Assembly (NCBI RefSeq): GCF_009914755.1
Contig: NC_060933.1
DNA length: 64,000 bases
Strand: one strand, 5' to 3'
DNA from: the human T2T-CHM13v2.0 reference genome, Homo sapiens
Shown here: piece after piece, positions 50,911-64,000 of the stretch
How positions within the stretch are numbered: the stretch's first letter is position 1
Layout: every line of letters begins with the position of its first letter
Position numbers and translations under genes: made by a program
Notes under the pieces: generated by a model
Seen by the model: only the letters and a program-made list of their open reading frames with translations
Databases searched by the model: none
Told to the model about the DNA's origin: nothing

Positions 50911-52731
50911 CAAAATATTAAGTATTACATATATAAACCTAATGAAAATCAAGATTCTCTTAGTAAAGTATTCCGTGCAGTTTGGATAAGTGGTTGATGC
51001 TTCAGACGTGAAACATCAAAGGACAATTTTTAAGGACAAGTTTAAAAACATCAGTAACATCAATAAACATCTCTTCTTGATGAGTTTTTATAATCTGCAT
51101 TTTTTGAATTTCAAGGCAAATTTCTAGTCACTGTCTTTAAAAGATAATGAGTGATTTTTGAAACTAGGTCTATAGTAATCACTCTATGCTTTCCAAACCT
51201 GAAATCATGTCTACAAAAATGAGTCGAGACATAAAAATATCTGAATTTTAATAAAGTACTATTATTTTAAACGAAGAAATAAATAAGGGCTTTGTTTTCT
51301 CCTTCCTTCCCACCATTACTACAATATACAGAAACAAAGTATAAATGTAGTCACTACCAAAACTTTTTATGTCAGTGTAGCTGCTACTAGTGCAGCCCAC
51401 ACTGCTCTCTCCCTTTCTAATTACCTTTGTACTTAATGGTCTGGACCTCATAATTAATGAGCCCTTTTTTCTTTTAGTATATGTAACATTGTCAGCAAAA
51501 CAACATCTTGACCTGTGACTGCCACCTGTGAATGACTGGTCCCTCTGAGCAGCCAGCCATGACATCATCTGTCCTCCACAGCATCACACAAAGTGCCAAG
51601 TGTGGCTTTCTCAGGCTTCAGCCCCATCAATCCTGTCCACACTGGCCCACTTGGCACTTCTTAAACATTTACTTTCACAACTCAAAGTCATAACACCTCC
51701 TCGTCCTTCAGTCCAGAATGCTTTCTCTTCCCCACACGGCAAAGCTCATCATCTGAAGCCTTGCTCACAGTGGACTCCCTTTGATTTTACATGATTGTGT
51801 AAGTTATGTCTAAGAGTCTCACAACCCCTTCCTCCTTCAAGATTTGACATTATTATGTTCATTTTGCCATCACAGAGCTTATCGCATTATATTACCATTT
51901 GTCATAAACACCTCTTTTTGCCCTTTTAGCCTGGGAGCATCTCCAGGCTCTGCACACAATTTCTGAAACACCTGGCACTAAGCAGGTATTAAAAGGGATT
52001 TATGGACTGAAAAAATTAGTTTATTAATTAAGTCCTTAATAACTACTTATTCATACAAATGACAAACTAAGCCTTTTTTCTAATGTAAGCTCTTGCTGTT
52101 ACTTTAAAGCTAATGTTCTTTACATAGAATGCAGTAAACATGGGTTCCATGAACTCCCCAATGTACTGTGTATACTCAGTACTTGGATTTCATCCCATTC
52201 TATTATCTGCGACAATAAGTTCCAGTCGGGACTTAATTAGGGTCTGAGATACATACTGTGTCAGGCTATGCCTTCCTTCAGGGCTGGACCAACTAAATGA
52301 TGACCCAATGTACCCCGCAGCTTAGCACAAACTTCAAATAATCCCAATTTCCTCCTCTACATCTTGTAGTTTTCTGCCCATCAGTTACTGCTGATACTCT
52401 TGGTATATTCTGAAATATTGGAAGCAGCTTCCATGGCCAGCAACCAGGAAACACTAGTTAAATTAGGGTATATTCAAGTGTTGTGCAGTTTACAGATATT
52501 TTTAAAGTGAAAAAAATCAAGATGTAAAACTGCATGAAAAGATGACTGCCTTCACAGAGATTCATGAAAAAAACTGGATGGAAATAAACCAAAATAATAA
52601 TTATGTCTGTCTCTGTAATTTATGTACAGGTTTGCATATGCTTTTGATTTTATTTATACTTTTCCACATCTCTCAAATTTCCTACAATGCACATATATGT
52701 TATTTTTTTTCTGAGAAAAAAATAAGTATAC

Positions 52732-52890
52732 CTCTAAGGTACTGGAGGTTTCAGTTGTAGAATTTCCAGTATTATTGCTTGAGTTTGAAGACACTGTTTC
52801 ATTTTTACTTTCATTATCTGATTTTTCATCGGAACTCATACATTCAATATCTGCATCAAAGCCTGTTGGATATCCCATTGCCTGCAATAC
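52732..52890 (-). CDS. STRBP: STRBP coding exon ([53 protein letters not shown]), inter-dsRBM linker, phase 0-0
   Basis: gtacag|GTA ... GAG|gtatac; 159 nt. Confidence 0.95.
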
Positions 52891-53457
52891 CTGTACAAAT
52901 TACATTAAAATGCAGTTTTATTCAGACACGAGAAACCAGAGAATAGACAAAATATTGAGAACAAAAGTTTCAAATCCATAGTGTTTGAACCATAAAACAC
53001 CTTGCAGGAAGAGCAAGATGGTACTAAATCTGTAAGTCCTTGGTTAAATATGGTATACCTACCAGGGTAGCACCATGGAAAAATGGGGAAAACCTCCTCA
53101 GGATAATTGAGTTTAAATACAGGATGACAAATATAAACCTGATGCTATTCCTAGTTCATTTAATTTGGAGGTGAGAGGTAGAGAAAACAAACAGGATAGC
53201 TAGGTTCAAACCAATAGGATAAGGACAGAAGTAGCATACTATAAAAAGTACCCTGGTCTAGAAAGGAAAAAATCTGAGAGTCTAATCCTGTATTTCTCCT
53301 CTGGCCCTCAATTTTCCAATCTACAAAACAGGAAGACTATACTGGTTGACCTCTAAGTTATATGACTCAATCCATTAGGAGAAATTGGCCCAGAAAGGCA
53401 ATCAAGAAATTTTTTATCTTTGAACCAACTTGCCTGTCAATTACAAAATAACATCTA

Positions 53458-53864
<407 letters not shown>

Positions 53865-55113
53865 CTATACTAAATAAGCCAGGAACAATTTTAGTCTTGT
53901 ATTTCCATCCCTCTCTCTCAAGGGCTGATTATGGCTACCTCCAACGTTCAAACTTCTTATACTTTCAGTCGATCCCCAGGATTTGTCTTACTTTTTTGAA
54001 ATAAAGCTTTCAGAAGAATGTGTATATGTGTGTGCATGATTGTGCACAGGCATGCTCACACACCTCCACACACGTGCCTTTTAATACCTTCCTGATTATA
54101 CTGCTTTTTAGATGTTTACAAGAGAATATGTTCACTTTTTGTAAGCCTCTTTCAAAGGAGGTTGATATAGCTTTGTCACTAATTAGAGGTTTACATCAGA
54201 GGATATAGGGACAGATTCCTAAAGACCCTTGCATTCGTTTCCATTTTTAACTGTTTTAAGTTGCTGAGATTTAAAAGCAACATCATATTTCTTTATAGTA
54301 ACAACTGTACATAATAGGTGCTCCAAAAAATGGTTATGGTGGCCACACAAATGAGAAGCCAGCCTTTATAAACAACTGCATCTTGTATAAAGGATTTTGC
54401 CAATATAAACAGTGTTACCCTAAACCAAAAAATCGACCTACATAGAAGTCTGTACCAAGAGAACTCGAAATTAATTCACACAATTCATATGGAGAACTTG
54501 GCATTCTTATCATAAATAAAATGTCTTGTATTTGCTTGGGAGTAAAGCCAAGAACGCTTTTTTAACATCTTAAGTTCTAAAAGTGCTCAGGTAATACTTT
54601 ACACTAAGCACATTAACATCATTTGTTTATATACTTATTAATATTTTATTTTAAAAACACCTTCTCCACTGTCTGAGTCCTGTAAATATGCTCTCCCTGA
54701 GAAATCTCATCTCCAAGAACAGCTATCATTCCGAATTAACACTAGCCAACACAGGCTGCAAGTCAAAGCCAAACATCACAAATAAGTTTGATTTGTTTAT
54801 TCCAATAAAAACTAAGGACAGTCATCTTTTCTCGACTCAACATAGACAATAAAAATAGGCTAATATAAATTATTTAATACTTCTCTCCACCCTTTTCTCA
54901 CATATCAGATTCACTTATTATTATTACAGCAACATATTTCAATACATTTACAAATATTTTATATAACTGGTGGATTATATCTCAGGGAAGTGTCCAACAC
55001 AGTGTAACCAAAAAATTCAAATCAAATCATTTTTTATGAACAGTTATTCTAACAGTATTTACTAGCATATGCTAAGAAGTCAAAAAAGCAGGGAGTTCTC
55101 AGACCTCTGCAAC

Positions 55114-55997
55114 TGATAAAGATTCTCTTAACCAAACTCTAGACAGGATCCTCTGAGCCATGTTTTCATCAAGGCCCCATCCTTGGGCCTTGTCCTTAAG
55201 AGCCATGTTGTAGCAAGAATCCTGCTAAATTGGTTTAGCCAGAATCCCTCACCCTCAATATTTAATCACCCTCCATCACCCTTGGTATGTGATCAAATTT
55301 CCTCATCCCCCATTGATATGGTTTGTGTCCCCACCCAAATCTCATGTCAAATTGAAATCCCCAGTGTTGGAGGTGGGGCCTGGTGGGAGGTGATTGGATC
55401 ATAGGGGCAGTTTCTAATGGTTTAGTACCATCCCCTTAATGCTGTCTCATGGCAGAGTTCTCAAGAGATCTGGTTGTTTAAAAGTATGTGGCACTTCCTC
55501 GCCCTTCTCTCTTCCTCCTGCTCGGACCACATAAGATGTGCCTGCTTCCCCTTCCACCATGATTAAAAGTTTCCTGAGGCCTCCCTAGAAGTCACTATGC
55601 TTTCTGTACAGTCTGCAGAATTGTGAGCCAATTAAACCTATTTCCTTTATAAATTACCCAGTCTCAGGTACTTCTTTATAGCAGTGCAAGAATGGACTAA
55701 TACGTCCATCACTGCCCAGGTGGTATCTGATCACCCTGGCCTGCTCTGAGCAAGAATCCTAATGGGTCCCGTTTAGCCAGAAATCCCCCTTCATCCTGAT
55801 GTTTCCTCTTAGTAATTTTCCATCCACTGATCCATCCCTGTTCCTTGGCTACAAATCCTCACTTGTCCATGTTGAAGTCAGAATTGAGCCCAGTTCTATA
55901 CTGAGGTCTCTTTTCCCTATTGCAATAATAGTTCCTGATAACACACTTTTTTTTTTTTACTGTTTTAACAACTGTCCAGCTCTGGTTTTCTTTGGCA
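55114..55997 (+). mobile_element. ERV1 (MER4-group, MER31/MER67-like) solo LTR interrupted by an MST LTR
   Basis: TG...CA ends; repeated agcaagaatcct / gtttagccagaa motifs; 4-bp flanks caac/gaac; subfamily uncertain. Confidence 0.7.
55314..55704 (+). mobile_element. MST (ERVL-MaLR) solo LTR nested in the ERV1 LTR
   Basis: tgatatggtttgtgtccccacccaaatctcatg ... aattacccagtctcagg ... ggactaatac; 5-bp flanks cccat/tccat. Confidence 0.88.
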
Positions 55998-57090
55998 GAA
56001 CCAAGTTTGTTTGGAATCCATGTTAATGCTAAAAAACCAGTATACCAAAGAAAAGTGAATTTCAAGTATCTGGCAAACAAATTCAAACCTAATACATCAA
56101 TTGAGCTTAAAAATGACAAGATCACTCATGGAAACAAGGTGACTGGGAAATCATCTGTGTGTAACCAAATCCCTTTCTTCCTGGAAGAGGGCAGAGGTTA
56201 GGAAAGGCTGTGACTGAGAAAGATGATACCCTCGAATACTAGGGGCCAAGAATGAAAAGAAAACATGGCTTTCTACATCATGGCTCTCTACTCAAAAGAA
56301 AGTAACATCCATGGCTTCTGTATAATAGAGATCTGATTTCATCAGATTCTCAGGAAATCTGATGTCTCTAAGAACCTCTCCAAAGAACCTTCTCTTCACC
56401 TTCATCCCCTTCTAGCTGATCTTTTCCTCACAATGACTAAGATTCTTTTCATGTAATATGGATGATTATGACCCTAAAGGTATCCTTTGTGGGGGGCTGC
56501 CAGGATAGAGAAGTGGAAGAGTGAAGGGAAGCCTGGCCACTAATTCTCCACCACTTTAGGGTGCTTGCTGCTCTGCAGCCAGGCCAGACTCATGTGAAAC
56601 TACTGATTTCTTCTTTTCTTTTGATTTGATTCTCTGATGTGATTTGTCTTAATAGGTACAAAACCCTCACCAAGCGATTGAGTAAGAACTAAAAGGATTT
56701 TTATTCAGTTGGACCTACTTTCATAAACACGTTAGATGCAAAATTCTTTCTCGCTCAATTATAAACAACGCATAACATGTGATATAACTTTTATGGATAA
56801 CAATTTGGCAATATATGCCTGGCATAGAATAAGAATTCCAATGCATTTTTTTAACAAATTAATGAATCATTAAAATGTATTTATCTTTTGACCCAATAAT
56901 TCTATCTCTAGAATATATCTTAAGGGATCACCAGACAAGTTCAGAAAGATGTAAAGCAATAAAATGGAAGTATCTAAATCTAAAATGATTAGTTACATTA
57001 TGATACTGTAACAGACCATCTGCTAATAATGAAATGTTAGACCATCACTAACAATAAGAGCAATCTTTGAGTTAGCTATTTAAACATTCA

Positions 57091-57775
<685 letters not shown>

Positions 57776-60057
57776 AAATAAGAAGGCTTGGAAGAAAAAA
57801 TACCAAAATGTTAATGGTTATTATTTCTACGTATTAGAACTATGAATTTTTTCCCCTCATTTTCTAAACCATTTATAACAAACACACATTATACATTTAT
57901 AATAAGATTTAAAAAGCCAAAAGTAACTTTTAGAAAACAAGACATAACACAAAAAAATCTATGAAGACCTTAGGGAGAACAAACTACCTCAAAATAGCAA
58001 ATTATGGAATAAAGCTATAGAGTCATAAACCTGAGATGTTAGAGGCCTAGAAAAGACTGCAGGCCACTTAAGACTGACAGCTAGTAATAGGTTTTCATAT
58101 CCTATAGCTGATAAACCAAATAAAGTAAGCAGAGTTTTTCAAATCTTCAAAGCTAGTTTACTCTGATTCTTAATTCATTCTACCTGGATGGATCAAAGTT
58201 TAGTTTATCCCATTTTCGAAAAGGGCAAATCTTAAACTCTTCACAAATTTCAAATTTACTAGTTACTGCACATTCTACCCAAAATGCTACTCAAGGTAAA
58301 TAAAAGTAAGAAGGTCATCTACCTGCCACACAAGTCACAAGAAACCATTAACAATTTCCTCAAATCCAGTGTCATTCAGATCATAACTGATATCTACATT
58401 TCCGAAATTTGTCAGGGAGCTTAACTTAATCCCAAGCTTACAGCCCCTCCGTGTTTACCAAAAGCTCAGGTGAATAAAACATAATATTGGGAATTGAAGA
58501 CAAAAGCAAATCCAGGCCAACCAAGTTCCATTATATCATAAAAATATATCACTGCATCAAATGAAAGCAGCATCCAAATCTTGTCACATTGCAAAATGTG
58601 CCACTCTACTAGCTCTCCCAAATTTTACTGAATTGGAATTTGCTATGAGGCCACTAGCTTATGTTAAAGGTTACTGTACGAAACAACCCACAAAATGTAT
58701 CACTGCATCATAGATTTAAAAGAGATCACTGATATCCTTGGTTTGTGAAGATCTACCCAAGGAGAAATGCCCACCCGATCAAATGCCACAACTGTGACTC
58801 TCATAACCAAACTCTCTGTTCTTAAGACGAGAGAGTGAATTGTATATTTCACAAGCTTTTCGTGTCAGCTGCTACAGAACTTAGCTCTAAACTTGTGACA
58901 CATTCTCAGTGTATGTTGTTACTAAACTATATGTTTAGTCTTATTCCTGGATTTACTTTTCCCCTCATTGTTGGTTTTCTTTTTCTGCCTCATTTTAAAT
59001 TCATACTCTTTCATCATACTTTAGATATCCCTTTTCCAATGAAGACAGAGCATAAGTAATATATAGTGTTTGACATTTTTACAGCTTAGTTATTGTTTTT
59101 CTGCATGCATTGTTCTGATCACTATCTGATGTTTACACACTTTGTTGTCTATCTTCCCATCCTATACACACTAGAATGTAAGCTCCATGAGAGCAGGAAC
59201 TTTGTTTCATTAACTGCTATATCCCCAGTATCTAGGATGGTGTTTGCATCTACACTAATAATACATACAAAATGAAATGACCATGAAAATAGAGCAATTA
59301 TATCGTATGCCATACTGTTATATGAAAGAACTTTTAAGTGAATCTGATCTTCAGTCTACATGATCTTTAACATTTTTGCACTAGTCTGCAAGAGGTCAAA
59401 TATACTTATAGAGAGATCCCATTACTTGGAAATTTTCTACAAACCTACATGCATAATTGGTCCAATCCTGGATATTATTCCCGATGGAAATATTCTAAAA
59501 ATACAGACAAAGCACCATATACAAAGATACTGATCAAATTTATAATAGAAACAATCTGGAATAAGCAAAATATCCAATGATAGGAGAATGTTTAAACAAA
59601 TAGTTTCCCGTAGCATGTTAATCGTACCGCCATTAAAAATTATTTATGAAGATTTTCATAATGAGGAAAAACACTAATGAAACATTACATGAAAAAAAAT
59701 CAGAAGATAAAATTACATATATACTGTGAGCTCACTTAAAAAATAAACAGCAAAATAGAAAATGATGGGAAATAAACCAACATACTAGATACAAATACGA
59801 ATGATCTTTGCTTCAAAAATGTTCAATTGACATATTTTAATTCTTTACTTCTTTCCGTATTTTCCAAATTTTGTAAGACTACCACATATTATTTTACAAC
59901 AACAAAAACAACTTTGTTATCCAGAAGTAACAAAAGTCTATATATAATATTATTGCTATTAAAATGTTTTTAAAAATGATAATTTATTATAGGAAAATAA
60001 GCATATTATTTGGAACATAAAATAAGAAAGCATTGCAAAGTAAAACAAATACTGTAC

Positions 60058-60257
60058 CTTCACCGCTACGTGAAGTTTTGCTGTTTTCTTGGATGGTCCT
60101 GAGGCTTCATATGTTGTGCCATCCACATCTACAGACATTGTGAAGACTGGGGCATGAACGGGGCCAGACTGAGATAGGAGCTTATACTGAAGCCCAGGCC
60201 TGATCTGATTTAGCCTCATTAGTGCATTCATAAGGTCTATTGCTTTACTATCCAGAA
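60058..60257 (-). CDS. STRBP: STRBP coding exon, dsRBM1 ([66 protein letters not shown])
   Basis: ttaacag|TT ... AAG|gtacag; 200 nt; dsRBM motifs GPVH and GPSKKTAK of the ILF3/STRBP family. Confidence 0.97.
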
Positions 60258-60596
60258 CTGTTAAAGAAAGAGGAATGAGGTCAGAAATTAACTAGAAAGT
60301 AATTTTGCTTTATGCGTTTTTGGGGTTCCTAGTAACTACTGTAAATTCACCAAAATTTTTTTAAATGAGGATTTCAAAACACACAGATTAACCTCATAAG
60401 TAATTCTAAAATTATTATGCTAATATCACTATAAAAATTGTATGCATTATTTAACTACACATTAATTTTCGCTTGTCAATATAAATGCATCCTAAGCAAA
60501 AAAGCTTGGAAACAAAAAAGTTATCCAATTATCAATTGCTCAGTTAAGATCTAGTCTCAAAACTCTAATTCAAATCAATCAAATTCTTCACTTTTT

Positions 60597-60902
60597 GGCC
60601 AGGCACAGTCGCTCATATCTGTAATCCCAGCACTTGGAGAGGCCAAGGGGGGTGAATTGCTTGAACTCAGGAGTTCAAGACTAGCCTGGGCAACTTGGCA
60701 AAATCCTGTCTCTACCAAAAATACAAAAACTTAGCAGGGCGTGGTGGCACGCACCTGTGATCCCTACTATTTGAGAAGGCTGAGGTTGAAGGATCACTTG
60801 AGCCCAGGAGGTGGAGACTGCAGTGAGCCGAGATCGCGCCACTGCACTCCAGTCTCAGTGACAGAATGAGAACCGATCTCAAAAAAAAAAAAAAAAAAAA
60901 AA
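60597..60902 (+). mobile_element. Alu (AluJ-like)
   Basis: Full Alu; TSD-like CTTCACTTTT. Confidence 0.92.
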
Positions 60903-60980
60903 CCCTTCACTTTTAATTTTTCTATCTGAAGCTACAAGTCCTCTCTAGTTTGCATCTATAAGAATAAAGGTTTTACACAC

Positions 60981-61073
60981 TTTTCCTTAAGTTTCGTTTC
61001 ATCTTCTTGTTGGGGTCTTTATCATCCCCTAATCCATCTTCAAATGGCCTCTTTAGAGCTGAAGACCCAGCAC
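60981..61073 (-). CDS. STRBP: STRBP coding exon ([31 protein letters not shown]; bipartite NLS-like), phase 1-1
   Basis: Minus strand tttttag|GT ... AAAA|gtgtgt; 93 nt. Confidence 0.93.
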
Positions 61074-61332
61074 CTAAAAAAAATTATGAGGGATTCATTA
61101 TCAGTCAAAACAACAATCCCCTTACCGTACCATATGTATCTAACATGTTCAGGTAGGAAAATCTTAGGAATCACACCAAGGACCATACAACTTTTTCACT
61201 GATCAGTTAAATTACCATTATTTATAATCTAGAAAAGCAAAATTTTTTACAGCAAATCTTGAAACAATATTATCACTTTTTATATTTATTTTTTCCCATT
61301 TATTCATATATACACACCAATATCTATGTCTA

Positions 61333-61659
61333 TGATATGGTCTGAATGTGTCCCCCCAAAATTCATATGTTGAAACTTAATCCCCAGTGCAGTGGGATTA
61401 GGTGGTGGGGAACCTGGAAGGTGATTAGGTTATGAGGGTGGAGCCCTTATCAATTATAAAAGATGCCTGACAGAGACTGTTTGTCCCTTCTGCCATGTGG
61501 GGATACATAGCAGGCACCATCTATGAGCAATGAGCCCTCACGAGACAGCAAATCTGCTGAAGCCTTGATTTTGGACTTTCAAGCCCCTGAGGGCAATAAA
61601 TTTCTGTTGCTTATAAGTTACCCAGTCTAAGGTATTTTGTTTTAGCAGCCGCACAGACA
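61333..61659 (+). mobile_element. MaLR solo LTR (MSTC/D or MLT1A-like)
   Basis: tgatatggtctgaatgtgtccccccaaaattcatatgttgaa ... aataaatttctgttg ... ggtattttgtt. Confidence 0.82.
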
Positions 61660-63009
61660 GCATATATTCACGTTATATGCATGAAGAGAAAAAGTCTAGA
61701 AGGCTATATATCAAAATGTTAAAAAGTAGCTACCTCTGGTAGGATTTATTTTTACTTAATATCATTTCAAACATCTCTATAATTTAACATTTATGACTTG
61801 TATAAACTTTAGAAGTCCACGTTACATCTTATACTTTTAGAAATCTGATTATCCAACTATAAAATATTCTTCTGCCTCTTCAAATCCTATTCAAAATTTT
61901 ATTTACAGTTCACCTCCTCTATAAAAATGTTCTCTCATATCAGAGATTTTATATCAGAAATGTAAAGTCTTGTATCATTGCCTATTTCATATATTCTTGT
62001 GTGTCTTCAGTGCTCTTTGAAGGTCAAAGATATTTTTTCCTTGTCTTGTATCTTACAAACTACCTTAACACAAGACTTAGAAGCAACATAATGGGCACTG
62101 AGCAAAAACTAACTGAACTGATTAATAATCAGTTTCTTGGATAAAGAAGCCACCAATTTATAATGTTGTCAAGCAAAAGGCAGCAGTTTTGCTGTCCAAG
62201 TTAAAAATTATTAGAGAAAAGTTCATCAACCTATTCAAGTACTTTAAAGATCTCATCTCTTTATGTCTTCACTTTAAAAGTTAGTTGTTTTTCCTAAGGA
62301 AAATTATGCTCAAGATACTCATGCCACAAGATTTCCAGATTCTTCTAGTGAAAGCCTATAATAATAATGAGATTAACTATGTATTTTCTGATCAAGATTT
62401 ATTGTCCCTTGAGGTAAACACTGACTTCAGCATTTGCTTGGGTCAATATTTACCACTCAGGTTAATCAATCTTGATGTTCTCTTCAACAGAAGGCAACGT
62501 TGGCTGAGTATTATATTTCATTTGCATTACATACAACTATGAGTATGCCAGTCTCCCAGAATGCAGTCTTTAAGAGATAAAAGTTAAAAAGGAACTATGT
62601 CTATTCAATCACTCTTCTGCTCATTAAGTTACATTAAAAGCAGCTTCTTGATTGCCTGGAAATCACAAGCTAGCTTAAATGCAGAGATCTCTTCTCTAAA
62701 TCCTCCAGCTACATAGAGTTCTATGGATTAAGCTTCATTCTATCATAGCAGCCATTGGAAAGGGGCTGTAAAATGTGGGGCTAATCATAATAGCAACCTA
62801 AGGAGAAAAAGGGTCTTGCTTTACAAAAAGCAGGTGGTATTCAACCTTCACAATATCTAGTGATGAGAAGTGATCATTTCTGAGGCAACAATTTTTAAAA
62901 ATAATATTTTCGTATTTACCATATGCCTGACACTGTTAACATCTTACAGGTATTAACTTATTTAATCCTCATGAGCACCCTCATGAAGCCATTACCTTTA
63001 CTGTCCCCA

Positions 63010-63420
63010 TTATAAATTCATTCATATATTCATTCAACAATAAACAAGAAATATTAATTGACATTTACTATGTGCAAGACAATTTTAGGCGCTAGACACA
63101 TAGCAAGTAACAAAATAATCTCCCTTTTCTCAAAGAGCTTACATATACTGGCCAAAACTAATTACAACATATACTATGGGTAGTGAGTGTAATGAAGGAC
63201 AATTTATATGTCGTGCTCAGCAGAAAGGTATCACTAATGAGGAGACCTTTTGATGAAGACCTGAGAAAGTAAAACAGTGAACTATTCAGCCATTTGGAGA
63301 AAGAGTCCCAGGCAGAGAAAAATAAACAGCAACTACAAAAGTCTTAAGGCAGAAACATGCTAAGAAATGATGCAAAGGCCTGAGTGGTTGGAGTGAAACA
63401 AACAAGGAGAGGGTGCTAGC
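63010..63420. mobile_element. LINE-2 3' end relic
   Basis: cattcattca...ttactatgtgcaagac...ctcaaagagcttaca. Confidence 0.6.
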
Positions 63421-63622
63421 AGTAGGTGAGAAGAGCCAGGCAGTAGTTCTCAAACCCCGGTGCCATTAATTGACAAAATATCAAGGGCCCACTTCCAGTA
63501 TGAGAGAGTAAATAAGTCAAAAAAGGCTTCCCAACTAGAGCAATTAGAAAAACTGGGCAAAACAAACAATAAGTATCTGTTCCTGGGCAATGAAGAATTT
63601 TAAAATCAAGATCTGGGAGGTG

Positions 63623-63820
63623 AGCCTGGCACGGTGCCACATGCCTGTAGTCCCAGCTACTCAGAAGGCTGAGGCAGGAGGATTCATTGAGTCCAGGAGT
63701 TTGAGGTTAAAGTGGGCTATGACTGCACCTGCAAATAGCCACTGGACTCCAGCCTGGGCAACATAGCCAAGCCGTGTTTTCTTAAATAAATAAATTAATT
63801 AATTAAAATAAACAAAAAAA
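63623..63820 (+). mobile_element. Alu right monomer (FRAM/AluJ-like)
   Basis: Right-arm sequence; degenerate TSD aagatctgggaggtga / aagatatggaaggtga. Confidence 0.85.
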
Positions 63821-64000
63821 GATATGGAAGGTGAAAGAAATTCTCTGCATTGGGGGTTACATTAACCCTAGGGGCATCTTCCTAATCCAGAAGAGGTCAC
63901 TAAGAACTGAAGAGAGTAATGTCAACAGGCTCCCAGGTCTCAAGGAGTCCAAAACTAAGTTCAAGGTCCAAGCAGAGAAGGGCTGGTGAACCCCCCACAC

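Overview
This is mammalian (primate, most likely human) genomic DNA, not prokaryotic. It holds the convergent 3' ends of two genes. RABGAP1 is on the + strand: the last 7 coding exons run from 2987 to 16429, and the 3' UTR ends near 18075. STRBP is on the - strand: the last 8 coding exons run from 61073 down to 38800, encoding both dsRBMs and the RG/Y-rich tail, followed by a long 3' UTR to about 34565. The MIR600 hairpin (24752-24849, -) and its host transcript region lie between the two genes. Introns carry many Alu, L1, L2, MIR, LTR and DNA-transposon relics. I found no new protein-coding system. The most interesting signals are: (1) a recursive-splice-type junction (GAG|GTAAGA) at the STRBP exon encoding the first half of dsRBM2; (2) an intact piggyBac MITE (MER85) with its CSB-PGBD3 binding palindrome, in the gap between the two 3' ends; (3) inverted Alu pairs around in-frame STRBP exon blocks plus a perfect-stem miRNA hairpin downstream, suggesting possible dsRNA-based autoregulation; (4) a candidate 7-nt frameshifting microexon in the last STRBP intron; (5) an inversion/duplication with a fold-back palindrome inside an old L1. 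Gene and repeat names come from recognising the sequence, not from a database search. Repeat boundaries are approximate.
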